From positions 46,130,001 through 46,194,000 of the forward strand of contig NC_087447.1 in assembly GCF_036321535.1 (NCBI RefSeq): 64,000 nucleotides of DNA. The letters run 5' to 3'. Every line of letters starts with the position of its first letter. The stretch's first letter is position 1. The notes below the pieces were generated by a model. That model was given only the letters and a program-made list of their open reading frames with translations. It made no database searches and was not told where the DNA came from. Below are positions 24,530 through 35,371 of this stretch, in pieces. The DNA is from Camelus dromedarius. Its lineage: Eukaryota. The translations under genes and the position numbers were made by a program.

Positions 24530-25114
24530 ATGCCCTCTTCCCCACTCAGGGTGGCTGTGGTGTGCATGAGTAACATGAACAGGAGCATGGAGGCCCACGG
24601 CATCCTCAGGAGGAAAGGGTTCAATGTCAGATCTTTCGGAGCAGCATCCCAAGTGAGGCTCCCGGGACAGCCAGGCAACCCTCCAGTGATTTACGATTTC
24701 TCGGTGACGTACGGGCAGATGCGCAAGGACCTTTACCGGAGAGACCGAGAACGCTATAGAAGCAATGGCGTCTTGCACATCTTGGGAAGAAATGAGAAAA
24801 TCAAGGCCCGCCCAGAAAGATTTCAAGAGTGCAGAGATGCCTTCGACGTCATCTTCACCTGTGAGGAGCGCGTCTACGACAGGGTGGTGGAAGACCTGTG
24901 TGCCCGAGAACAGGACACCTGCCAGCCAGTGCACGTCATCAACGTGGACATGAAAGACACCCTGGAGGACGCCACCCTCGGGGCGTTGATCATCTGTGAG
25001 CTGTGCCAACGCCTCCAGCAGGCGGACGACGTGGAAGGCAGTGTGGCGGAGGTGCTCCTGTCAGCGGAGGAGAAAACGGGAAGAAGCTTCCTTCACACCA
25101 TCTGCTTCTACTGA
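24530..25114 (+). CDS. SSU72L: SSU72-like RNA polymerase II CTD phosphatase, intronless retrogene, 194 aa
   Basis: Kozak accATGc; same length as SSU72, from MPSSPLRVAVVC to FLHTICFY*; CX5R loop C12-MSNMN-R18, D140 and D143 retained; no introns or disablements. Confidence 0.93.
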   Translation: MPSSPLRVAVVCMSNMNRSMEAHGILRRKGFNVRSFGAASQVRLPGQPGNPPVIYDFSVTYGQMRKDLYRRDRERYRSNGVLHILGRNEKIKARPERFQECRDAFDVIFTCEERVYDRVVEDLCAREQDTCQPVHVINVDMKDTLEDATLGALIICELCQRLQQADDVEGSVAEVLLSAEEKTGRSFLHTICFY

Positions 25115-25685
25115 GGCTCTCGGCTGGTTTGGGTTCCTTCCGCGGTCAGACCTTGTGCGTGGACTTTTAGACTAGTCTGGATTTTTTGACAAAAGTGTCT
25201 TGAAAGCCCTTTCCACTAAAAGCCATTTGTATGATTTTTCAGGTTTTTCAAGAAATAGACCAGAAAAGCATTTTATGGGAAAGGGAATGTGGACTACCAG
25301 TAGTCATCAAAACCCTTCCAGTGTGGGGGACAACTTTTTATGGATTTTACCTTCAAGCAACAATTCAGTGCTCACATTGCTCTGCAAGGAAGTTACCATG
25401 AAGGACTCCATTTTCCAGATGAAGAAAGCAAGGCTTATAATGAAGTGCTGGACAAGTGGTTTGTTGAAAATTATTCAGAAAAAAAACAGTGTCTATTCTA
25501 TCATTTTATAACAATTTCCTTTTGCTCATTTTGCATGATATATTAATTATAAAAGGGTGAGTTTTTTGTGAGATAGGAATGTATTGAATGCCTGAAGTTA
25601 TAGATGCATTTATTTTTAGATTATATGTCTTTAACAAATGCCATCTTCACTGGAAACCCAGGGTTGATCATCTGCCACATGTTAT

Positions 25686-26282
25686 TGAGACAGGAAGGGG
25701 GAAGGGCACAGCTGGTCAAGGAATAGCACAGCAATTAACACCAGAATGGCGGAAGGTTCAACCTCTAGTAGGCCTTGAGGCTCAGGACGGAGGGAGATTT
25801 GACTTCTCGTAGACAGTGAGCTTCATTATACTCCTATTGTAATATATTAACATGGTGAATAACATGCCCACAGGCGCCATGACAGTCCCAAGGCTGGCCT
25901 CAAGAGGTCAAAGAGTGGGAAATGGCCAGTTTCCTGGGAATCCCAGCCCCTTCCCCAGACAAGTTAGACTGGTCCTTCCACTTATTAAGATATAAAGCTA
26001 CCGAGCCCATAAAAACTGGCCTTCAGGAACAGCCCGCACTTTGTCTATGGAGTATGTACATACTTTTACTCTAAGCTGAGCACCCAAACCCCACACCTTA
26101 TGGCCTTTCTCTTGCCTTCTGATGTATCTCTGTAAGTAAATCTACCTGTATTCAACTGTGGCTCACTCTTGAATTCTTTCCTGCGCGAAGCCAAGGACCC
26201 ACACTTGGCGGGGCACGTCCCAGGGACTCAACCAAAGCCTGGGACATGGCCCTCATGCCCCACATCCGTTTTTCCTGCATCA
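25686..26282 (+). mobile_element. ERV1 (MER41-like) solo LTR, 4-bp TSD TTAT
   Basis: TGAGACAGG...CCTGCATCA termini; TTAT at 25682-25685 and 26283-26286; 'cttgaattctttcctgcgcgaagccaagg' resembles the MER41 3' part. Confidence 0.85.
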
Positions 26283-26394
26283 TTATGACTAAAATCTAGG
26301 AATTATCTGTTCAATTAAATAGTTCAGCATATGAAATGAAATAAAAACATCTAATTTAAAGAAAAGGTGTATTCTTGTTTCTGGTAGGGGAAAG

Positions 26395-26679
26395 TGTTGA
26401 CAGTCTTAAGTGAGTAGGTCGTGGGACCCAGGTCAAGGTTCACAATAACTTGCACATGTATGAGGTAAGAAGTAAATGTACGCCTGCGCCACTAGCACGA
26501 GTCAGCATTATGAACAATACGCATGCGCCACTAGCATAATAAAAGGACAAGCGCGTACACCTGAGCACGCACCGCCCGCTTGTACTGCAGTAAAGTGCTG
26601 TTTTGCTCCATGTCGGCTCCTCACGCCTTCCAGTTGGGCAGCTCACCTCAAATCCCTCTCTAGCCTCCCTTGGCTGACA
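26395..26679 (+). mobile_element. Solo LTR (copy B), same family as 19516-19801
   Basis: TGTTGAC...GCTGACA termini; colinear with copy A over its full length; TSD not clean (GAAAG/GATGG). Confidence 0.85.
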
Positions 26680-27811
26680 GATGGATTATGACAACATGAG
26701 CCCCTTGGTTTCTTACTGTTAAAGCTCTATGAGTGACATGGGGGAAAAGCACTCTCTCAAAGGAGAATTTTATTAAACTGAAAATGTTCATGATTTGGAT
26801 ATTGGGGTCCTCGGAAAGTGGATCCTCACTCCTGGGAAGTGAAACGTTGGTGATGATCAGCAGTGTCACCAAGGCTTGTGTGATTTCCAGGAGGAAATAA
26901 AGACAGGTCGGTGACAGAGTTGAAGGAGTTCACTTGCTGTGTAAGGAAGCAGATGTCAGCTTGCTTTATGGCGTGTAGCCAGGGTGGAGCAGGGGTGGGC
27001 CTGGAGGGAGCAGCTAGTACAGTCATTCTTGAGAAGACGAGGGGCCTGGGAGTCGGGTGGTGGCTCTCGACAGGCGGAGTAGATGGCTCTATGATCTTGC
27101 TCCTTATGGTGGCTATTCGCCTTTTCTCCATTCATCCCTTGCTTGAGCAGTGTCTGCTTCACCTCTGCCTTTCTCACATACCTACATATTTGCCCCAGGC
27201 CCAGCTAATGACTGTTTTAGCTTTAGATCAGAACTCTCCTCTCTGCTTATCAAAGGGGCAGTGTGGGCTGTGCTTCTCGGCTGGTCTCCCTGTGAACTGT
27301 TGAAGCAACCTGAGGTCAATTCTTCTTGTAATCGGTACCCTCCCCCTGCTTCAGGGCATGAAGACTGCAGCTGTGTCCGGCCCCATTGTCAGCAGCACTT
27401 GGTCGCGTTTTGCTCCCGGACCTTGCTTCAGACATGTAAGTACCACTATCTGTGAAACCATTTATGTCTCCGTCCCTGACTCTGGGCTCTCTTTGGTCCT
27501 GAAGCCGTGCAAGTACAGGTATTGCAGACCTGTGTGGGGTAGCCCAGCAGTGTCGGGTCATGGAGAGCTGCTGGAGTTGAAATGACAGGACTTGGTGAAG
27601 AGGAGAGAGAGGGGAGAATTTTGAATCGCTCTCAGTTTTCTGTCTTTGACCACAGGCGTACAGGTCCACATACCTGCATGTGGCAGTGCTGGTGGTGGGT
27701 GGTGAGTGTTCTTTCCGGCTAGATTCACTGTCCTTTCTAAGTTTCTTAGCGGATGGTGGGTAGTCCAGGTCAGGATCGGGAAGGGACAGGGATCACTTCA
27801 AAATATGGGAA

Positions 27812-28384
27812 TGATGCAGGAAAACGGATGTGGGGCGTGAGGAGTGCAGAGTCCCGGGTCTCGGTTGAGCCCCTGGGACGTGCCCCGCCAAGTGTGGGTC
27901 CTTGGCTTTGCAAGGGAAAGAATTCAAGTGTGAGCCACCGTTGAGTAAAGGTAGATTTATTTAGAGAGACACAAACTGCATAGAGTGTAAGGCAAGAGAA
28001 AGGCAAGGAAAGGGTGTGGGAATTGGGTGCTCAGGTTAAAGGAAAAATAGGTACACACTCCATAGACAGAGTGCGGGCCGTCTCCAGACGGGAGAGAGCG
28101 AGCGCGCAAAGGGCCACTAGGCGTGGTGTTGTCACTTTTTATGGTCTCAGTAGCTTCACACACCTACAGGTGGGATCAATCCAACTGCCCTGGGGAAGGG
28201 GCTGAGATTACCAGGAATTGGGCCTTTTGCAGTTAGCCTTGGGTCTGTCATGGCGCCTGCGGGCGTGTTATTTGATCACGCTGTTAGGAGCATATAATGA
28301 AGCTCAAGGTCTACTGGAAGTCAAACTTCTTAATCCTTAAGGCCAGCTGGGAGGTGAATCTTCCACCATTTTGGTCCTGTCTCA
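27812..28384 (-). mobile_element. ERV1 (MER41-like) solo LTR, 4-bp TSD GGAA
   Basis: Reverse-complement homologue of 25686-26282; GGAA at 27808-27811 and 28385-28388. Confidence 0.85.
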
Positions 28385-30039
28385 GGAACACAAAATGGAA
28401 GTAGCTTTTTAGGTAGTGCTGGGAGCTCTTTTGAAGAAAGAAATGATTTTCCCAGATGATATTATTTTTACCAACAAAACCACATGGGAGAAAGTTAGAA
28501 AAGGCTGTGAATTGAGCTCCTCTTTGGGCATGCACAAGGCAAACATGACAGAGAGAGGAGGCAAGGGCCGTGGGTGCTAAGATGACGAGTGATTGCACTG
28601 ATGAATTACAAAATATAAAGTGTGCATAAAAATGAAAGGGAATGGGACTGGATTAAATCGGTTGTGGAATATAGTCTGTCTAAGAGCCCTTATAGTTCAA
28701 AAAATATAAAAAATTGGGAAGTTGGAACTTTGAGTTTGGTGAATGTACTTCTTGAGATTTTGATCAGGTGGTAGAGTTCTTGGTGTAATTGTGGAAGCTA
28801 ACGTCGCTGGTAGACTTAGACAAACACAGCTGAGGAAGAGGTCAAAACACTGAACATTGTGAGTATTGAGTGGGGAATCTTTTGTTTGCTGGAGCTGCTA
28901 AAAATTAGAGTAGTAGTTGAGTAAAAGGATGCCTGAGAGGGTGCCCGGGGCCCGTGTTGCTTTCTGAGCCCCCAGTGCCTGGGCCTGTGTTGCTTGAAAA
29001 TTCTGAGATGAATTAGAGGCGATGATCACAGCTCAGAGATGGTTTACGTCGAGCTGTGGATGTTACCACATTGGCCAGGACGGTGAACGCTGGCAGCATT
29101 CCACAGGCGGTTCGGGATCTTACTCGTGGTGAGTGTGGTCCCAGGATGCAGAGTCCTGATCTTCATTATTGCTTGGCCCTTTTATCTGTATCTTATGATG
29201 CTCCTCATTGTGGCAATGTCTTTCCAGCTTTGGATCTGCTGAAATCGAGCCAGAGCTGGGACCAGATGGCTGCTAAATTCTGCCCTGGGCTTGGGGGTAC
29301 TTCATTAAAAAGAAATCATGGGGTGGGGAGATTCGGGCTAGATCAGGTGTTACGTTGTAGTGGGAGAATAGTTTCCAGGTGGTGTGAACTCCACTATTAT
29401 TCTTCGTTTTGCCAAAGGGAGAGGAAGTTATATTTGGAAGTTGTAATGGTCACTACCAATATCTACCCGTCTAACCATGAGGAGTGGGAAATAAAGGTTT
29501 CCACGTGCCGTATTGAAAATACAGTGATTCTGTGAGTATACACACAGTTCTAATTAAGGCATAGAGGCAAATGAAATGTTTACATGGTTGTTAAAGATGA
29601 AATGACAGCATTTGGATGAAAATTGCTAAAAGATTTGACTATAAATGTAACTACAAAAGTTATTTATGCCAAAGGTGGCTCTGTGACTGGGACTGGTTCA
29701 AAGGCATTGCCACGGGTGTGCATGACAGATTTGCCATGGATGTGTTTATTTCTTGACCTGGGCGATGTCTGCCATATAATAATCCACTAAGTCATTCATT
29801 TGTTTTGTTTTCTGTGTTTGTGTGTGTGTTTACAATAACAAGTTTAAAAAATCCAAAAATGAGAGGAGTACTTTATAGTCCAAGAGGCAACAGCCTAACA
29901 ATATAAGTATGTCAGTCGCTACATTTGTAATTATTTTCTTTCTTATCCTTCACTTCCCAACTCCAGTTGGCCCTGATGTTGCTTCTTGATTATATATTCA
30001 CCTTCTGATAGTTGTTCCTGCTTTTACTTCACTCTAGAT

Positions 30040-30215
30040 CCACTGGCAAAGGATGTAATACTTCAACCTTATTCTGTTGGTCAAAGCAAGTCGCAAGGGC
30101 ATCACACGTGTAAGGGAATGGGTAATAGACCGCAGTTCAGGATGGGGGAGTTGGCTTGTGTGTACAGGAGAGGGAAGAATTGTTGGCATCCATTTTTTGC
30201 AGATAGTCAGCCATA
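30040..30215 (-). mobile_element. MLT1J/K-like MaLR LTR fragment
   Basis: 'attctgttggtcaaagcaagtc...gggaagaattgttggcatccattttt'. Confidence 0.5.
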
Positions 30216-30429
30216 CTTCACACACTATCAGACTGACAAATGTTTGAGAACTTGAGAGTATACTCTACAGGCAAGGTTGTGCAGGGAAAGGTACTTTGAT
30301 ACACTGCTGGTGGTAATGAAAGACAGCATAGTCTTTATCAAGTGAATCTTTCACACTAGAGCAAAACTGCAAGCACGTCTCCCCTTGACTAAGGTGATCC
30401 TCCTCACAAGAATAGACCATAAGATCTTT

Positions 30430-30770
30430 CCATAAAATTATCCAACTGAAGAAGAGGGAGAAGAAGAATAGAAAAAAGAGGCTTTCAGATACTAAAGCAA
30501 CAATGTCAAAAGGTCTTACATATATATTGTTAGGATTTCGAAATGAAATGAGAGAATGGGATAGAAAAATGTTTTCTAAGAAACGCTTGCTGAATATATG
30601 CAAATGAGGTAACAATAATCTGTTTACAGATGAAAAAAATCCCAGTGAATTTCAAGGAGGTTAAAACAAGGAAAGCTATGCATAGGCCCAGGCAAATCAA
30701 ACTGAAAATTAAGATAAAGTGAACAATTCTGAATGCAGCCAAAAGAGTTAGGCAAATCAAATGGAGATGC
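30430..30770 (+). mobile_element. Old L1 ORF1-region fragment
   Basis: A-rich 'aatgtcaaaaggtcttacatata...gagagaatgg...aaatcccagtgaat...ggcaaatcaaactg'. Confidence 0.45.
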
Positions 30771-33536
30771 ATCTAAGATAATCAAGTCTCACACGTCTTA
30801 GACTGAGTGCTAAGCTTATCAAATTATATACCCTTAGCCAACAGAGCTAAACATCATTACTCATGATTTTGAATTTGAAACTCATGTGAATTTCATGTAA
30901 TCCTTTTCATGAAGAATAAAACTTTAAAAACCACAAGTTCATATTAATTGTAAGTATTTATATTCCTGTTGCATTAAAATAGGCCTGTAGCAAAGCTGGT
31001 TTACATGATAGATGATTTCTGTATCAGATTATGTGGAGACAAGAGAGAAAAGGAGCAAACGGGAGTGTGAGGGGAGAGAAATGATCTTAGCTACCTAGCC
31101 CACGTGAGAGGGGGGTGAGCCTGACGGAGACAGTGCTGTCCCCGGAGCCCAGGTGTCAAGTGCTTCCCTCGAGGGCTCTCATGACAGGATAAACAGCCCA
31201 GATTCTGCCGTGCAACAGGCTAAATTTCGTCTCCAATCTGATGTCTGTTCCTGAAGACCCAGTCTAAGGCTGGTGAGTGAATCAGACATCTGTAGATGGG
31301 GGCGGTTCCAAGATAAGGTAAGGCCAGGGCAGGTGTTGTGTCCCAGACAGGCCAGATGGGACAGGACTCTTGAAGGCTATTGATATACATACACAAAGAA
31401 TGGCAAAGACCAGAGACACAAACCTGGTTGGTTACAGCACACGTGAAGGGTGAGGTCTGGGAAGGGAGGTGAGAGTACACGGTTTTTTCCGATGTTACTG
31501 AAGTTAGTAAATAGATACCATCTCCCAAATAACAGGTGCCCTAGTAATTCAACTGGACATGAGGAAACAGAGATACTGATTTAGATCACAGATGTGACTT
31601 GGCAAGTATGAGAAGAGCCTGAGCATGACTGGCATCTGTGCTGGGGCTCCCAAAGCAGGATGTGGAAAGAAGAAATCCAGGCCTTCTTAGGCAGATTGAG
31701 AAGAAAATATGGGAGAGGAAGCATTTGAAAGGGGATTTCTAGGATGAACATGTATTAGACTTAAGTTGCTCCATCAGACCAAACAGACAAATACCCTGAG
31801 CTCCCTGGCTTCAGTCTTTGCTGAAATTAAAACACACACACACACACACACGCCAAAAACAGAACAACACTTCCCTTCTACTTCTTTTGTTCAAACACAT
31901 GACCATCATCAGCCTCCTATAATCTCCTCTCTTCTCAAACCCCTGACTTTGTTGAGTTGTGTCTTCCCTGGCTTCTTCCCTGTCACAGAGCAGTCCTATG
32001 CTCTGTAAAGACAGTTCCCTGTCTCAAGGCCAATGACTGGGCTCACTTGACCAGTAACTCTAATGGTAGAACCACTTCTTCCAGTACTGGGAGGATGAAA
32101 AGGAGACGATTTTCCTCCTTTCAAAGAAAAACAGAAGCACCAAGAGAAGTAACCTAGGTGGAAGGTATAATGTTAATGTGCAGAACATACCACTTAGGTA
32201 TTTTGAGATAACCCTTCATCAGAGCGAATTAACATTTGTCTCCAATTCTCCAAAACCATCGACTTATAATTTTTTTTTTACTCTCAAATTTTAAGCCCCT
32301 AGGATCCTGTAAGTTTCCCATTTTTTTCTAAATCCCCAGTTTGCAATATGGTGCCTTGAAAATCGTTAATGCTCAAAATATACTTGCTGATGACTGAATT
32401 TATCAATGAATGAAAGTACACTAGCAAATACATGATAAAAATTTCACCCCTAGAAAAATCTAAATATAATGCTGTTGCATGTCCAGCAACAATGCCTTTC
32501 TTTTTCCAATTTCAATCATTTCTAAAGTTAGTTCCCTAAAGTGTGAGCAGGAGTGCCTCATTTCAGGCACACAGGCCCTGTCAGTGTTACCTCTTAAGGT
32601 CTCTTGACTCTCTTCACAAGTGAGCAAACTCTACATGATAAATTCAAAGCTTTCGAATCTCATTTCTATCAATTATTGGTTTGCTATTTGGAAAATGATT
32701 CACATTCACTGAGTCTCAGTTTCCTTTAGTGTGAGAGGGAGATACTATCCAGTCCCCAAAATGGATGCAATATCTAAATGCGAAAATATACGAAGTGCCA
32801 CAGACGGTGATGACTACTGTCTCTGGCATAAAGCAGATGCATAATTGATATTAGTTTAATTCCTCCATGACTATTATGTTAAGACCCAGTTTATTCATTG
32901 ACCATTTAGACTCCTGTCTCTTTAGTCAATTACAGTTCCAGTAAACCTCTATTGGTAATTTTCAAAACTAGAGTAGTTATTCTAAACCACTGTCTTCAGA
33001 CATCTTTGATGGCTACCCTCTGTGTAAATGATGGAGTCTAAGGTGATCAGGGTCATTCACAATGAGGAAAAATCAGCCTGTACAACTCCTCCCTTGCCCC
33101 CTCCAATATTTCCTATGCATAAGACACCCTGGGTTGGGAATGTTTTAGGAACTCAAATATTTTCCATGATGATTCTCCATTTTCATTTTTCACCTTATAA
33201 TAAGCTACTCAATGTCAAGTTTAAGTATCATCTGTTACTCCCTTCCAGACACACACAATGGTTTTCTCTCTGCATTCATAACCATCTGTTTGTAGAAGAC
33301 ATACGGCAATTATCTGTAATTTGATTAGTTGGAAACATGTATCTCTGTTAATTAGTGTGTCACTCATTGAGCTCAGAGAATATATCTTATTCACTTTTGC
33401 GTTTTCTTATTTGTATGCTCAAAGAAGATGAAGAGTGTGGAATACGCTAAAATCTCCTGGTGACTTTAAAAAGAAAATCTGTGTTTTCCTCTGACTCTGT
33501 GAGTAAGAAGTGATGTCTGTAGTGGTCTCCCTCAGC

Positions 33537-34480
33537 ATGACTACCTTAAACCACACTGGTGTTAGCCACAGAGTCTTCTGCTTGCTAGGCATCCCCCGCC
33601 TTGGGGACCAGCACGTGTGGATTTCCATCCCCTTCTTCATTCCCTATGCCATCGCCCTGCTTGGGAACAGTCTGCTCATCTGCATTATCCTCATGAAGCG
33701 CAGCCTCCATGAGCCCATGTACCTCTTCCTCTGGATGCTGGCCAAGCAGACCTTGTCCTCTCCACGTGCACGGCACCTCAGGTCTTAGCCATCTTCCGGT
33801 TTCATTCCAGGGAGATCTCCCTGGATCGCTGCATCACTCGGATCTTTTTTCTTCTCTTTCACTGTCATCTCTGAATCAGGGATCTTGCTGGTGATGGCAT
33901 TTGACCACCACATTGCCATATGCTACCCACTGAGATACACCACTATTGTTACATACACGCTGATTGGGAAAACTGGCGTTACCATCTTTCTAAGAAGTTA
34001 TTGTGCAGTTTTCTCCTTAGTATTTCTTTTGAAAAGATTGACTTTCTGCCAAAATAGTATAATTCCACGCAACTTTTGTGAACACAGTGGCTTGGCCAAA
34101 TATGCTGGTAATGATGTTCAAGTGAATATCTGGTATGGACTCTGTGGTAATGTCAACAGTGGTCTTAGATGTCCTGATAATTTTTGTTTCCTATGTGCTG
34201 TTTCTCCATGCTGTCTACCACATGCCTTCCCAAGATGTACATCACAAATCTCTCAACATGTGTGTCTCCCACGTCTGCATCATCATCCTCTTTTTTGGGC
34301 CTGGAATCTTCACAACCCTCACTCAGAGGTTTGGACGCCACATTCCACCTCATATCCACATCTTGTTGGCTAATGTCTGCATTCTGGCTCCACCTATGCT
34401 GAATCCCATCATTTATGGGATCAAGACCAAGCAAATCCAGGAGCAGGTGGTTCATACCGTTTTTCCCAAAGCAGAAATAA
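33537..34480 (+). pseudogene. OR52B4: OR52B4-like olfactory receptor pseudogene
   Basis: ATG at 33537 (MTTLNHTGVSH); against the paralog at 42928 it has frameshifts at ~33744 (-1), ~33850 (+1), ~34141 (-2) and ~34468 (+1); TAG at 33786-33788 in the shifted stretch; ancestral TAA at 34478-34480. Confidence 0.9.
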
Positions 34481-35214
34481 CTTTGGAGGAGGAACAGAGT
34501 CTTCAGCATCTCTAGCTATCAATGGTGGGTGACAAGGGTCAGCTGAAACATTAAGAAATAGCACAGCAAATTTTACCTCTGGAAGAAAATTTATCAGTGA
34601 GTTCCCAGGAGTTGTATCTTCTATTGGCAAAACAATCTCAGAAAGCTTTGTAATGTCTGACTGGGCAAACTACATCCTGCAAAGAACCTGAGATTCTTTT
34701 CCTGGAGTCGTGTGTCTCTTTTAACACTAACCTGATAATTGAAAATAGATCAATAAGAACGGTATTCTGGCCCAGAAATTTGCTCAACTCTTCTTAACTG
34801 AGTTTCTCAATCTCTGAGACATCTTGTGATATCTGAACAATCACATAGAAATCTCTGTTCCTTTATGTGCTTCATTCTAAGTAAATGACATTCTTTTATC
34901 TAGAATGGCTCAGTGGCTCCTAAAGTTTGCAGTTATTTCTATTATTTTATAGTTTATATCCTACCATCTTGTGTATCTGTTTTAGGAGAGTGGAAATGAA
35001 TTGTGTGATGCATATGTTGCAGATTAACACTTGAGAAAACTGAGGCTAATCACTCGTGCTGGGAAAAGACTTATGTGGTTTCTGATGGGGTGGCATCTGC
35101 TGGGAGAATGCTGAGGAAGGGGAACTCCCCCAGTCTCTGTGTCAGGGCATGTTCTTCAATGATCTCTTCAGCAGAGCATCCAAGGCCTTTGCTGTCCTGA
35201 TTCCTGGCCTCTTT

Positions 35215-35362
35215 TATTTTTTTTTAAATACCTTCATTGTGGTATGGTTCCTATACAGTAAACTATACATATTTCAAATGTACAATTTGATGAATTTTGA
35301 AAGATGTATACACCAATAAAACAACTACCACAATAAGATAGCTAACATTTCTATCACTCCCC
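35215..35362 (-). mobile_element. L1 3' terminal fragment
   Basis: Poly-T followed by 'cattgtggtatggttcctatacagtaaact...tgtacaatttgatgaattttg'. Confidence 0.7.
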
Positions 35363-35371
35363 AAGAGGTGC

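Larger units (their letters stand above)
22680..24680 (+). repeat. ~1-kb diverged tandem duplication (SSU72-like 5' flank plus first ~50 codons)
   Basis: 22680-23670 aligns by eye with 23671-24680; shared blocks include 'acatgataaaggagg', 'cactatcagcagggatg', 'gacactggtggatcat', 'tacttctagagtatccat' and 'tcagagtcccct'. Confidence 0.9.

Noticed and set aside
24452..25009. 185-aa antisense ORF over the SSU72-like gene (likewise antisense ORFs over TRIM68 and the ORs)
   Set aside because: Shadow ORFs expected from GC3-rich coding sequence.
19516..26679. A single provirus that captured SSU72 between two LTRs
   Set aside because: The left LTR has its own ACATT TSD on both sides, the outer flanks do not match, and the interior contains ancient MER5/L2-type sequence rather than ERV internal sequence.
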